DNA of 64,000 nt, taken from an uncultured Gemmatimonadaceae bacterium. GTDB taxonomy: Bacteria; Gemmatimonadota; Gemmatimonadetes; Gemmatimonadales; Gemmatimonadaceae. Location: the NCBI GenBank assembly GCA_963843845.1, contig CAWJMB010000002.1, forward strand, positions 640,001 to 704,000. The letters are read 5' to 3'. The number at the start of each line of letters is the position of its first letter. The first letter of the stretch is position 1. A program made the translations under genes and the position numbers. Positions 41,556 through 49,852 of this stretch are shown here, piece after piece. The notes under the pieces were generated by a model. It made no database searches, had not been told where the DNA came from, and saw only the letters and a list, made by a program, of their open reading frames with translations.

Positions 41556-43457
41556 ATGTCCGCTCTTTCGATCGCCGACGCTGATCATCCAGTGTCCGAA
41601 GCTGCACCCGACGCCGACGGCTTCGCCGCGCTCGGCCTCCGCGCCGAGCTCCTCACCGCGCTCAGCACGCTCGGCTACGAGGAGCCGACGCCGATCCAGC
41701 GGGCGGCGATTCCCGTGCTGCTCGAAGGGCGTGACGTGCTCGGCCTCGCCGCGACCGGGACCGGGAAGACGGCGGCGTTCGCGCTGCCGCTGCTCGGTCG
41801 GATCGCGGACGCGCGCAACCGCGACGGGTCGCCGGCCGCCCTCATCCTCGTCCCGACGCGCGAGCTCGCGATGCAGGTCGCCGAGGCGGTGCACAAGTAC
41901 GGACGGACGCTCGGCGTGCGGGTGCTCGCGATCTACGGCGGGGCGCCGATGGGGCGGCAGCTCGGGGCGCTCGAGCGCGGCGTCGACGTCGTCGTCGCGA
42001 CCCCCGGCCGCGCCCTCGACCACATCGGTCGAGGAAGCCTGCGGCTGGACAGCGTCGCGATCGTCGTGCTCGACGAGGCCGACGAGATGCTCGACATGGG
42101 GTTCGAGGAGGAGCTGCGCGCCATCCTCGAGGCAACGCCCACCGAGCGGCAGACGGCACTCTTCTCGGCGACCATGGCGCCGCAGGTCGTGCGGATCGCG
42201 AACGCGCATCTGCGCGAGCCGGTGCGCGTCGAGATCGCACGCGAGCCGATGGCCGCGGGAACGGTGCCGAAGGTGCGGCAGACGGCGTACGTCGTGCCGC
42301 GCGCCCACAAGCTCGCGACGCTCGGCCGCGTGCTCGACCTCGAGGCGCCGACGAGCGCGATCGTGTTCTGCCGCACGCGGACCGAGGTCGACGAACTCAC
42401 CGAATCGCTCGCCGGTCGCGGGTGGAGCGCCGAGGCGCTGCACGGCGGGATGGGGCAGGAGGCGCGCGACCGCGTGATGCGCCGATTCCGCGCGGGGCAG
42501 CTCGAGCTGCTCGTCGCGACCGACGTCGCGGCGCGCGGACTCGACGTCGAGCATGTGTCGCACGTGGTCAACTACGACGTGCCGAGTGCGTCGGAAGGGT
42601 ACGTGCACCGCATCGGACGGACGGGGCGCGCCGGCCGCGAGGGCGTCGCCGTGACGATCGCCGAGCCGCGCGAGCACCGACTGCTGCGCAACATCGAGCG
42701 GCTGACCGGGCAGCGGATCGAGATGGCGTCGGTGCCGTCGGTGGCGGACCTGCGCGCGCGGCGGCTCGATCTGACACGGGCGGCCGTGCTCGACGCGCTG
42801 ACCGCGGCACAGAGCGATCCCGAGTCGCTCGACCGCTTCCGCGGGATCGTCGAGACGCTCGGCCGCGACTTCGATCTCATGGACCTGGCGGCGGCAGCGG
42901 TGCAGGTGGCGCACGAGGCGACGGCCGGCGACGGGGCAGAGGACGAGGTCGAGATCCCGACGGTGACGATCGGTGAGTTCCGCGGGCGCGGCGCTCCGCC
43001 GGCGCGCGGCGGGCGCTACGGGCGCTTCGAGGGTCGGCCGCACGAGCGGGGTGAGTATCGCGATCGCGCCGAGCGGGATCCCGCCGACCCGCGACCCGAG
43101 CGTGGGGCGCGTTCGGAGCGGCCGGAGCGGCCGGAGCGGCCGGAGCGAGGTGGCGGGCGTGCCGAGCGGGGCGATCGCGGCGAGCGGGGCGACCGGGGTG
43201 GACGGAGCGATCAGTGGGTCACGACGCGCGTCTACGTCGGCGCGGGACGGAAGGCTGGTGTGCGGCCGGCCGACCTCGTCGGAGCGATCGCGAACGAGGC
43301 GGGGCTGCAGTCACGCTCGATCGGGGCGATCGAGATCACCGATCGCTTCTCGCTCGTCGAGATTCCCGAGACGATGGTCGACAGCGTCGTCGACGCGTTG
43401 CGCGGCACGACGATCAAGGGGAAGCGCGTCGTCGTACGGCGGGACCGCGATCGTTAG
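41556..43457 (+). CDS. deaD: DEAD-box RNA helicase with DbpA-type RNA-binding domain
   Basis: PTPIQ, ATGTGKT, PTRELA, DEAD, SAT, ARGLD, HRIGRTGRAG; C-terminal GAGRKAGVRPADLVGAIANE. Confidence 0.93.
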   Translation: MSALSIADADHPVSEAAPDADGFAALGLRAELLTALSTLGYEEPTPIQRAAIPVLLEGRDVLGLAATGTGKTAAFALPLLGRIADARNRDGSPAALILVPTRELAMQVAEAVHKYGRTLGVRVLAIYGGAPMGRQLGALERGVDVVVATPGRALDHIGRGSLRLDSVAIVVLDEADEMLDMGFEEELRAILEATPTERQTALFSATMAPQVVRIANAHLREPVRVEIAREPMAAGTVPKVRQTAYVVPRAHKLATLGRVLDLEAPTSAIVFCRTRTEVDELTESLAGRGWSAEALHGGMGQEARDRVMRRFRAGQLELLVATDVAARGLDVEHVSHVVNYDVPSASEGYVHRIGRTGRAGREGVAVTIAEPREHRLLRNIERLTGQRIEMASVPSVADLRARRLDLTRAAVLDALTAAQSDPESLDRFRGIVETLGRDFDLMDLAAAAVQVAHEATAGDGAEDEVEIPTVTIGEFRGRGAPPARGGRYGRFEGRPHERGEYRDRAERDPADPRPERGARSERPERPERPERGGGRAERGDRGERGDRGGRSDQWVTTRVYVGAGRKAGVRPADLVGAIANEAGLQSRSIGAIEITDRFSLVEIPETMVDSVVDALRGTTIKGKRVVVRRDRDR

Positions 43458-43463
43458 TCTGAC

Positions 43464-43997
43464 TTGCCCGGTGCGCATGGCATCTTCGTGCTCGCGCCGG
43501 TCGGCGGCGCGGTCGGAGCGCGGATTCGCGCCGTGCAGGAGCGGTTCGATCCGAAGCTCGCGCGCGAGTCGCCGCCGCACGTGACGCTGGCCGGCTCGTC
43601 GGGTGTCGGCCCGATCGTGCCGGAGACGTCGGTCGACCAGCTCCGCGCCGCGCTCGCGCCGATCGCGGCGACGACGGCGCCGCTCGCGCTGCCGTTCGCG
43701 CTGCCGCACCGCTTCATGAGCACGAACATCGTCGTGCTGCCGCTCGACCCGCACGGCGTCGTGCGGCGGCTACACGACCGCATCGCGCAGAGCGGGCTGA
43801 GGTTCGCGCGGGCGAAGTTCACCTTCACACCGCATGCGACGCTCAGCTTCTATCCGACGCTGTCCCGTGACGCGGTACGGTCGCTGCTCGCCATGCGCTT
43901 CGATGAGCCGGCGGTCCTCGACCGCCTCGTGCTGTCGTACACGCGCTGGCCGCAGCCCGCGGTGACGATGCTGGATCTGCCGCTCAGCGGCGCCTGA
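43464..43997 (+). CDS. 2H phosphoesterase / 2'-5' RNA ligase family protein
   Basis: Two HxT motifs: PPHVTL and TPHATL. Confidence 0.8.
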   Translation: MPGAHGIFVLAPVGGAVGARIRAVQERFDPKLARESPPHVTLAGSSGVGPIVPETSVDQLRAALAPIAATTAPLALPFALPHRFMSTNIVVLPLDPHGVVRRLHDRIAQSGLRFARAKFTFTPHATLSFYPTLSRDAVRSLLAMRFDEPAVLDRLVLSYTRWPQPAVTMLDLPLSGA

Positions 43998-44090
43998 CGC
44001 GAGCGCCTGACGTCATCGCCTGACGTCATCGCCTGACGTCATCGCCTGACGCGAGTGGCTGACGCGAGTGGCTGACGCGAGCGCCTGACG
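43991..44090. repeat. 13-bp tandem array, about 8 copies (CGCCTGACGTCAT / CGCCTGACGCGAG / TGGCTGACGCGAG)
   Basis: Units start at 43991, 44004, 44017, 44030, 44043, 44056, 44069 and 44082. Confidence 0.9.
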
Positions 44091-44109
44091 TGTCGGCGCG
44101 CGGTGTCGA

Positions 44110-44616
44110 TCAGCCCGCGGTGCTCGGACGCAGGCGCCGGTACGCGTCGGTCGCGTGCCGGAGTTGCAACAGGGCCGACGCCTCGAGGTCGTAGTCGATC
44201 GTGAGTTCGCCGAGTCGCTCGGTCGAGTGCTTGCCGTCACCGAGGTTGCGGCCGGCGCGGGTGGTCGTGCGTACGCGGCTCGCGAACTCGCGGCTCGCCA
44301 TCCACATCGCATTGGCGGCCTGCCAACAGGCGGCGTCGCTGTCGGCACACTCGCGCGTCGCCGACGTCTCGTAGATCGCGGCCATCTCGATCAGCGCTTC
44401 GTCGCTGATGACGACGAGCGACCGCGCGGCGCGAATCTCCACGCTCAGCCCCCCTTCGCGGACGAGGCGCGCGTGGCGCTCGTGCAGCCGGATGCATTCG
44501 ATCGCGCACCGGCACAGGGCGTCCGCACGCTGACGGAACGCGACGACGTCGCGGGCGTCGGCAGGCGCGGAAGGCGGATCGAGGGTGCCGGTCGCGGCAG
44601 GAGTCGACTTCGACAT
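44110..44616 (-). CDS. Hypothetical alpha-helical protein
   Basis: Coding-like ORF (MSKSTPAA..WQAANAMWMASREF..YDLEASALL) filling the gap between convergent/divergent genes. Confidence 0.7.
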   Translation of the reverse strand: MSKSTPAATGTLDPPSAPADARDVVAFRQRADALCRCAIECIRLHERHARLVREGGLSVEIRAARSLVVISDEALIEMAAIYETSATRECADSDAACWQAANAMWMASREFASRVRTTTRAGRNLGDGKHSTERLGELTIDYDLEASALLQLRHATDAYRRLRPSTAG

Positions 44617-44734
44617 GGTACGACGGTGCGGCGTGGACGCGCTGGCGCAGCGCGCGAGGTGGGAGCGGACGCCGGCGTGGAGACGACGAGCGTGAAGTAT
44701 AGGCAACCCGGGAGATGGGACGTAGTGTTGTTCC

Positions 44735-45523
44735 ATGTCCCCCACGTCCCCTCAGGCGCACGCCCACCTACGCGTCGAGACGTCGGCGGCGGGGGTCCGC
44801 ACGATCGTGCTCGACCGCCCCGATCGGCTGAACGCGGTCAACCCGGCGCTCGCGTCGTCGTTTCCCGCGGCGATCGACGAGGCGGCGGCGGACGACGCGG
44901 TGCGCGTGGTCGTGGTGACCGGCGCCGGGCGTGCGTTCTGCGCGGGGCTCGATCTGCGCGACCCGGCCATGCTCGGCGCGCGCACGCTCGGCGAGCGGCT
45001 CGATCCGCTCGCGTGGGTGGGGCGCTGGGTGCTCGCGGTGCGCCGCTGTGAGAAGCCGGTCGTCGCGGCAATCAACGGCGCCGCCGTCGGCGCCGGATTC
45101 GGGCTCGCACTCGCCTGCGATCTTCGCGTGCTCGCCGACTCGGCCACGCTGGCGGCGGGGTACGTGCGGCGAGGGCTGAGCCCGGACGCCGGGGTGACCT
45201 ACTTCCTGCCGCGACTCATCGGGGCGGCGCGGGCGGCGGATGTCATTCTCACGGGGCGCGACGTCGACGCCGCGGAGGCCGAGCGGATCGGGCTGGCGAC
45301 GGCGGTGGTGCCGGCCGACGCGTTAGGCCGCTACGTCGCGGAGTACGCGGACCGACTCGCGGGCGCGTCGGCGACGGCGGTGGCGCTCACGAAACGGTTG
45401 CTCGGCGAAGGGCTGGATGCTCCGCTCGAGACCCAGCTGAAGGCCGAACTCGTCGCCATCAAGCAGTGCTTCGCGACGGCGGAGGTGCAGGAAGCGATCG
45501 CGGATTTCGGTCGGCGGCGCTGA
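44735..45523 (+). CDS. Enoyl-CoA hydratase/isomerase family protein
   Basis: LDRPDRLNA, GRAFCAGLDL, KPVVAAINGAAVGAG, GLSPDAG. Confidence 0.9.
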   Translation: MSPTSPQAHAHLRVETSAAGVRTIVLDRPDRLNAVNPALASSFPAAIDEAAADDAVRVVVVTGAGRAFCAGLDLRDPAMLGARTLGERLDPLAWVGRWVLAVRRCEKPVVAAINGAAVGAGFGLALACDLRVLADSATLAAGYVRRGLSPDAGVTYFLPRLIGAARAADVILTGRDVDAAEAERIGLATAVVPADALGRYVAEYADRLAGASATAVALTKRLLGEGLDAPLETQLKAELVAIKQCFATAEVQEAIADFGRRR

Positions 45524-45580
45524 CGGGCTGCCGAACGGGGCGGGGCTCACTACTGCGGCGAGTCCCGCCGTTCTACGAGC

Positions 45581-46795
45581 TCACAGCTCGGCCCGACGTG
45601 GCGTTCGCCGTACGAGCGATTCCGGCAGCGCGTCGAGCAATGGGTTGAGCTCACCCGCCCGCTCCAGCGACGTCACGAACGTCAATCCAGGCCGCGCCAC
45701 GACGAGCATCCCGGACACGCCGAACAGCACGACCGTTCCGCCCTCGGCGTGCACGACGCACGACGACGAGTCGACGACGTGCGCGGGGCCCCAGACGCCG
45801 TTGCCGGTATCGTCGAGCTCCCGGATGCGGCGCAGCGACCCCCACGTGCCCACGTCGTCCCAGCCGAAATCGCCGGGGAGGACGAGAACCGCGCTGCTGC
45901 GCTCGAGGAGGCCGCGCTCGATCGAGACGCTCTGGATCAGCCCCGCGAAGCGATCGAGCTTGCCGGCGGCGAGCGCGGCGAGCCCCGGCTGCAGCTCGGT
46001 CGTGTGCTCGGCGAGTGCGTCGAGCAGCGTGCCGGCCTGCGAGACGAGGATGCCGGTGTGCCAGTACGCTCCGTCGTCGATCAGGTCCTGTGCGAGCAGC
46101 GGACCGGGCTTCTCGATGAAGCGCTCGGCGTGGCGAGGTGCCGTGCGGCTGTCACCCGTGTCGAGCGCGTCGCCGTCGAGCAAGTCGCCGGGCGTCAGAT
46201 AGCCGAAGCCCGTCTCCGGACGCGTCGGCTCGGCGCCGATCGCGACGACCGCATGGTGCCGTTGCGCCAGCCCTGCGGCGCGCTTCAGCAGCCGGCGCAG
46301 CTCGTCGGGGTAGCCGACGGCGAGGTCGGCGTGCAGCGCGACGAACACCGTGTCTCGTCCGACGCGGCGCGCGATCTCGTGCGCGCCCCAGGCGAGCGCT
46401 GCCGCGGTCCCCATCGGGCGCGGCTCGACGAGCATGTTCTCGTCGGGGACCTCGGGGATCGCGGCGCGCAGCGCGTCGGCGATGTCGGCGCTCGTCAGCA
46501 CGAGCACCCGGTTCGCCGGGACCGTCGGCGCGAGGCGGGCGACCGTCTCCGCGATGAGCGGCCGCTCGCCGACGAGCGCGAGGAGCTGCTTCGGGCGTTC
46601 GGGGGTCGAGAGCGGCCAGAAGCGCGAGCCGATGCCGCCGGCGAGCACGATCGCCCACAGCGACAGGCCGGTCTGCAGCGTATCGTCCGGCTCCGGCTGC
46701 TCGCCCGGCAGCGTCCCCACGCCGTGCAGGTCGAGCGTCGTCTCGCCGACGATCCCGCCGAACGGGGAAAGAGGATCGGGTGTGGGTGAGACCAT
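45581..46795 (-). CDS. manC: Mannose-1-phosphate guanylyltransferase
   Basis: VLAGGIGSRFWPLS..PKQLL, EPRPMGTA, PETGFGY, FIEKP, GWDDVGTW. Confidence 0.88.
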   Translation of the reverse strand: MVSPTPDPLSPFGGIVGETTLDLHGVGTLPGEQPEPDDTLQTGLSLWAIVLAGGIGSRFWPLSTPERPKQLLALVGERPLIAETVARLAPTVPANRVLVLTSADIADALRAAIPEVPDENMLVEPRPMGTAAALAWGAHEIARRVGRDTVFVALHADLAVGYPDELRRLLKRAAGLAQRHHAVVAIGAEPTRPETGFGYLTPGDLLDGDALDTGDSRTAPRHAERFIEKPGPLLAQDLIDDGAYWHTGILVSQAGTLLDALAEHTTELQPGLAALAAGKLDRFAGLIQSVSIERGLLERSSAVLVLPGDFGWDDVGTWGSLRRIRELDDTGNGVWGPAHVVDSSSCVVHAEGGTVVLFGVSGMLVVARPGLTFVTSLERAGELNPLLDALPESLVRRTPRRAEL

Positions 46796-46926
46796 GTCGG
46801 AGGGACGAGTCGCGAGGAAGCGGGGGCGACCGGGGACGGAGCGAGAACAATAACCCTGGCGCTGGGTGTACTACACCTGCACCATTTCACGACAGTCGTT
46901 CGCCAGCCTTCCCGAGGTCGCCGGTC

Positions 46927-48126
46927 ATGCGCGTTCCGCTCCGCGTACACGTTCACGTGTGCGACATCTCCCGGTCGTTCGCTCGCGTCGCGCTGCTGAC
47001 CCTGCTCGCCCTGCCGGTCCTCGCCGTCACGGCGCGCCTCGCGCGCGCGCAGTCGCCCGGCGACTCGATCGTCCCGGTCACCGGCTTCGTGCGCGGCGCC
47101 GACGGCCTCGGCATCGCGAACGCCGAGGTCTCGATCACGCCGAAATCGACACCCGGAGCGCCGATCACGCTCGGACGTCGCATCTTCACCGACGACTCGG
47201 GGAGCTTCAAGCTCACCGGCGTGCCGAGCGGCGCGGCGACGATCGTCGTGCGTCGCATCGGGTACACGCCGATCACGCTCGAGACGCCGCTGCCGCCGCC
47301 GGTGCCGCTCGCGTTCCAGCTGCAGGCGACGGCGCAGACGCTCCGCGCGGTCGTCGTCGAGGAGCGCAGGCGGGTCTACGAGGGGTGGCTCGCCGACTTC
47401 AACCGCCGGCGCGACATGGGCTTCGGGCGGTACATCACGCGGAGCCAGATCGACGCGCGCAACGCCACGCGGGCGAGCGATCTCGTTCGCATGATTCCCG
47501 GCGTGCAGGTCTCGAACAGCATGCGAGGGACCTCGCTGTCGATCCGCGGCAGCCGCTGCCAGCCGCTGATGTGGATCGACGGCTCGCCGGCCTATGCGGG
47601 ACCGGTCGACATCGACGTGTTCCAGCCGAACTCGCTCGACGGCATCGAGATCTACAGCGGGCCGGCGACGGTCCCCGTCGAGCTGCGCGGGCCGCGCGGC
47701 GAGGAGCGGTGCGGCGTCATCGCGATCTGGTCGCGGATGCCGGAGCGGCGGCCGAAACAGAGCAAGCGGAAGCCGGTCACGGCCGACGAGCTGAACAAGC
47801 TGATCGCGTCGGCGACGGTCTATACCGCGGAGCAGGTCGACCGGGCGGTGCAGGTCGACTCTGGCGTGCCGGTCGAGCCGTTCTATCCGGACTCCATGAA
47901 GGCGACGCGCACGCCGGGGTCGGCGATCGTCGAGTTCGTCGTCGACCCCGAGGGGCGTGTCGAGACGGAGACCGTGAGCGTCGTCGTCGCGTCGCACCCG
48001 CAGTTCGGGCGTGCGGCGCGCGACGCGGTCTGGTCGGCGCGATTCGTTCCCGCGGTCCTCGGCGGGCGGCCGGTGCGGCAGGTGGTGCAGCTGCCGATCG
48101 AGTTCAAGCTCGCCGTTCGGAAATAA
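46927..48126 (+). CDS. Carboxypeptidase-regulatory-like domain + TonB-receptor plug-like domain + TonB C-terminal domain fusion (start uncertain)
   Basis: TDDSGSFKLTGVPSG..VRRIGY; ITRSQI..DLVRMIPGV..IRG..IDG..GIEIY..GVIAI; PFYP..GSAIVEFVVDPEGRV..RFVPA..GRPV. Confidence 0.8.
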   Translation: MRVPLRVHVHVCDISRSFARVALLTLLALPVLAVTARLARAQSPGDSIVPVTGFVRGADGLGIANAEVSITPKSTPGAPITLGRRIFTDDSGSFKLTGVPSGAATIVVRRIGYTPITLETPLPPPVPLAFQLQATAQTLRAVVVEERRRVYEGWLADFNRRRDMGFGRYITRSQIDARNATRASDLVRMIPGVQVSNSMRGTSLSIRGSRCQPLMWIDGSPAYAGPVDIDVFQPNSLDGIEIYSGPATVPVELRGPRGEERCGVIAIWSRMPERRPKQSKRKPVTADELNKLIASATVYTAEQVDRAVQVDSGVPVEPFYPDSMKATRTPGSAIVEFVVDPEGRVETETVSVVVASHPQFGRAARDAVWSARFVPAVLGGRPVRQVVQLPIEFKLAVRK

Positions 48127-48166
48127 CGGGCGTTCCTCCGGGCGCGCGCGGTGCACCGTCGCTCGC

Positions 48167-48181
48167 TGGCATGAGCGTTGC
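48167..48181 (+). promoter_or_regulatory. Putative sigma-54 (-24/-12) promoter
   Basis: TGGCATGAGCGTTGC matches TGGCAC-N5-TTGC with exact GG-N10-GC spacing. Confidence 0.55.
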
Positions 48182-48250
48182 CCGTCGCCTGCACGGCGCT
48201 CGCTCGCGCAGCGGTGAGCCAGCGCCTACGCACAGTGGCCGGAGTGGACG

Positions 48251-48469
48251 ATGCCGATGGAGCAGGGCACGCCGCGTGAGGACGGTGCGGCGGGGAACGA
48301 CTCGCCGGGCGCGATCGAGACGTCGCTCGCCGCATCGCTCGCGCGGGTCGACGGGGTCCCGAGCGAGCAGCTGTGGCGCGCGGCGATCTTCGCGGCCCGC
48401 CAGGCGGCCGTGTCGGCAGCCGAGCTGCGCCAGGCGTTCGAGGCGACCCGCCCGGCGACCGGGGTCTGA
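48251..48469 (+). CDS. Small hypothetical protein (72 aa)
   Basis: GGAG RBS 6 nt before the ATG; lies downstream of the sigma-54-like site. Confidence 0.55.
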   Translation: MPMEQGTPREDGAAGNDSPGAIETSLAASLARVDGVPSEQLWRAAIFAARQAAVSAAELRQAFEATRPATGV

Positions 48470-48561
48470 CGACGGCCGACCGAGCGACCCACGGGAGGAC
48501 CGACGGGAGAGGGGCTCGCCGGGTCTCGCGGAGCGCCGCGGCGCTGCCGCCTATCCCCCGC

Positions 48562-49077
48562 TCACATCGCCTTGCGGATCGCGGCGTCGATGTCCTGATC
48601 GGCACCCTGGCCGGTGTACACGACCTTGCCGGCCTTGTCGAGCACCAGGACGTAGGACGTCGCGGGCACGTCGTAGGCGCCGGTGGCCGCGCCGGACTTG
48701 TCGAACAGCACCACACCAGGGGTACGGTGCTTCGCGACGTGCGCCTTCACGCGCGCCGGCGACTGGTTCACCGAGACCGCGACGGTGACGAACTGCACGC
48801 GGCCGGCGTACTTGCGCGCGGCGGCGTCGATCTTCGGCTGCAGCTCGCGGCAGCTCGGGCACCACGTCGCCCAGAACTCCACGAGCACCGGCCCCTTGCC
48901 GACGTACTGCGCGAGGTCGGCGGGCCTGCCGTCGAGCGTCTGGACGGCGGCGGCCGGCGCCCGCGTGCCGACCTCGAGGCCGACGTCCTGCGCCGCGAGG
49001 GTGCGCGGAGCGGCAGCGAGTGACGTGACGCCGAACGACGTGACGGCGAACAGAGCGGTAGCGACGAGTCGGCGCAT
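48562..49077 (-). CDS. TlpA-family thiol:disulfide reductase
   Basis: Signal peptide; EFWATWCPSC; VPAT. Confidence 0.88.
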   Translation of the reverse strand: MRRLVATALFAVTSFGVTSLAAAPRTLAAQDVGLEVGTRAPAAAVQTLDGRPADLAQYVGKGPVLVEFWATWCPSCRELQPKIDAAARKYAGRVQFVTVAVSVNQSPARVKAHVAKHRTPGVVLFDKSGAATGAYDVPATSYVLVLDKAGKVVYTGQGADQDIDAAIRKAM

Positions 49078-49103
49078 CGAGACGCGAGTCGGGGAGCGAG
49101 GGA

Positions 49104-49841
49104 TCAGAACCAGACGGTTCCGGCTTGCAGGATGTAGTACTCCGCAGCGCCGAACATGGCGACGGCGAAGATACGTTTGATCCACACCATCCAGATCCCT
49201 GCGCGCGGCAGTCTCGCCACCGCACCGCTCGACAGCCCGACGGCGACCAGCAGCGAGCACATCCCGAGCGAGAAGGCGAACAGATACAGGAAGCCGAGCC
49301 CCGCGCTGCGCGTCGACGCGACCCAGGTGAGGACCGCGGCCATGACCGGCGCCGAGCACGGCGCGGCGACGAGCCCGGACATGGCGCCCATGACGAACGC
49401 GCCGACGAGGCGCCCGCCGGTTCCCGCCGTCGCCGCGCGCTGCATGAGCGCGGCGGGAAAGCGGATGGGGATCACGTCGAGCATGGAGAGCGCCGCGATC
49501 AGCAGCACGTTGCCCATCGCGAGCAGCGCCCAGGGGTTCGTGCTGATCGAGCCGAACAGCGTGCCCGACAACCCCGCGAACAGTCCGAGCGCCGAGTAGA
49601 CGAGCGCGACGCCGAGGACGTAGACGAGCGTGAGGATGATGGGGCGGGCGCGCGCCGTTCCGGCGACCGCCGTGCCACTCGCCCCCGGCGCACCCATGGT
49701 GTGCCCGCCGACGATCGCCGCCGTGATCGGGATCATCGGGTAGACGCACGGCGTCAGGCTGGTGAGCACGCCGGCGCCGAACAGGACCGGGAGTGCGGTG
49801 AGGGGGCTCGCGGAGAGCTGGGCGGAGAGGCCGGGTTCCAT
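49104..49841 (-). CDS. ccdA: CcdA/DsbD transmembrane disulfide transporter
   Basis: TSLTPCVYPMIP and AAPCSAPV; multiple TM helices. Confidence 0.88.
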   Translation of the reverse strand: MEPGLSAQLSASPLTALPVLFGAGVLTSLTPCVYPMIPITAAIVGGHTMGAPGASGTAVAGTARARPIILTLVYVLGVALVYSALGLFAGLSGTLFGSISTNPWALLAMGNVLLIAALSMLDVIPIRFPAALMQRAATAGTGGRLVGAFVMGAMSGLVAAPCSAPVMAAVLTWVASTRSAGLGFLYLFAFSLGMCSLLVAVGLSSGAVARLPRAGIWMVWIKRIFAVAMFGAAEYYILQAGTVWF

Positions 49842-49852
49842 GCCGGCCAAGT

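Noticed and set aside
43991..44090. Tandem array as a CRISPR
   Set aside because: 13-bp contiguous units with no unique spacers, and no cas genes in the window.
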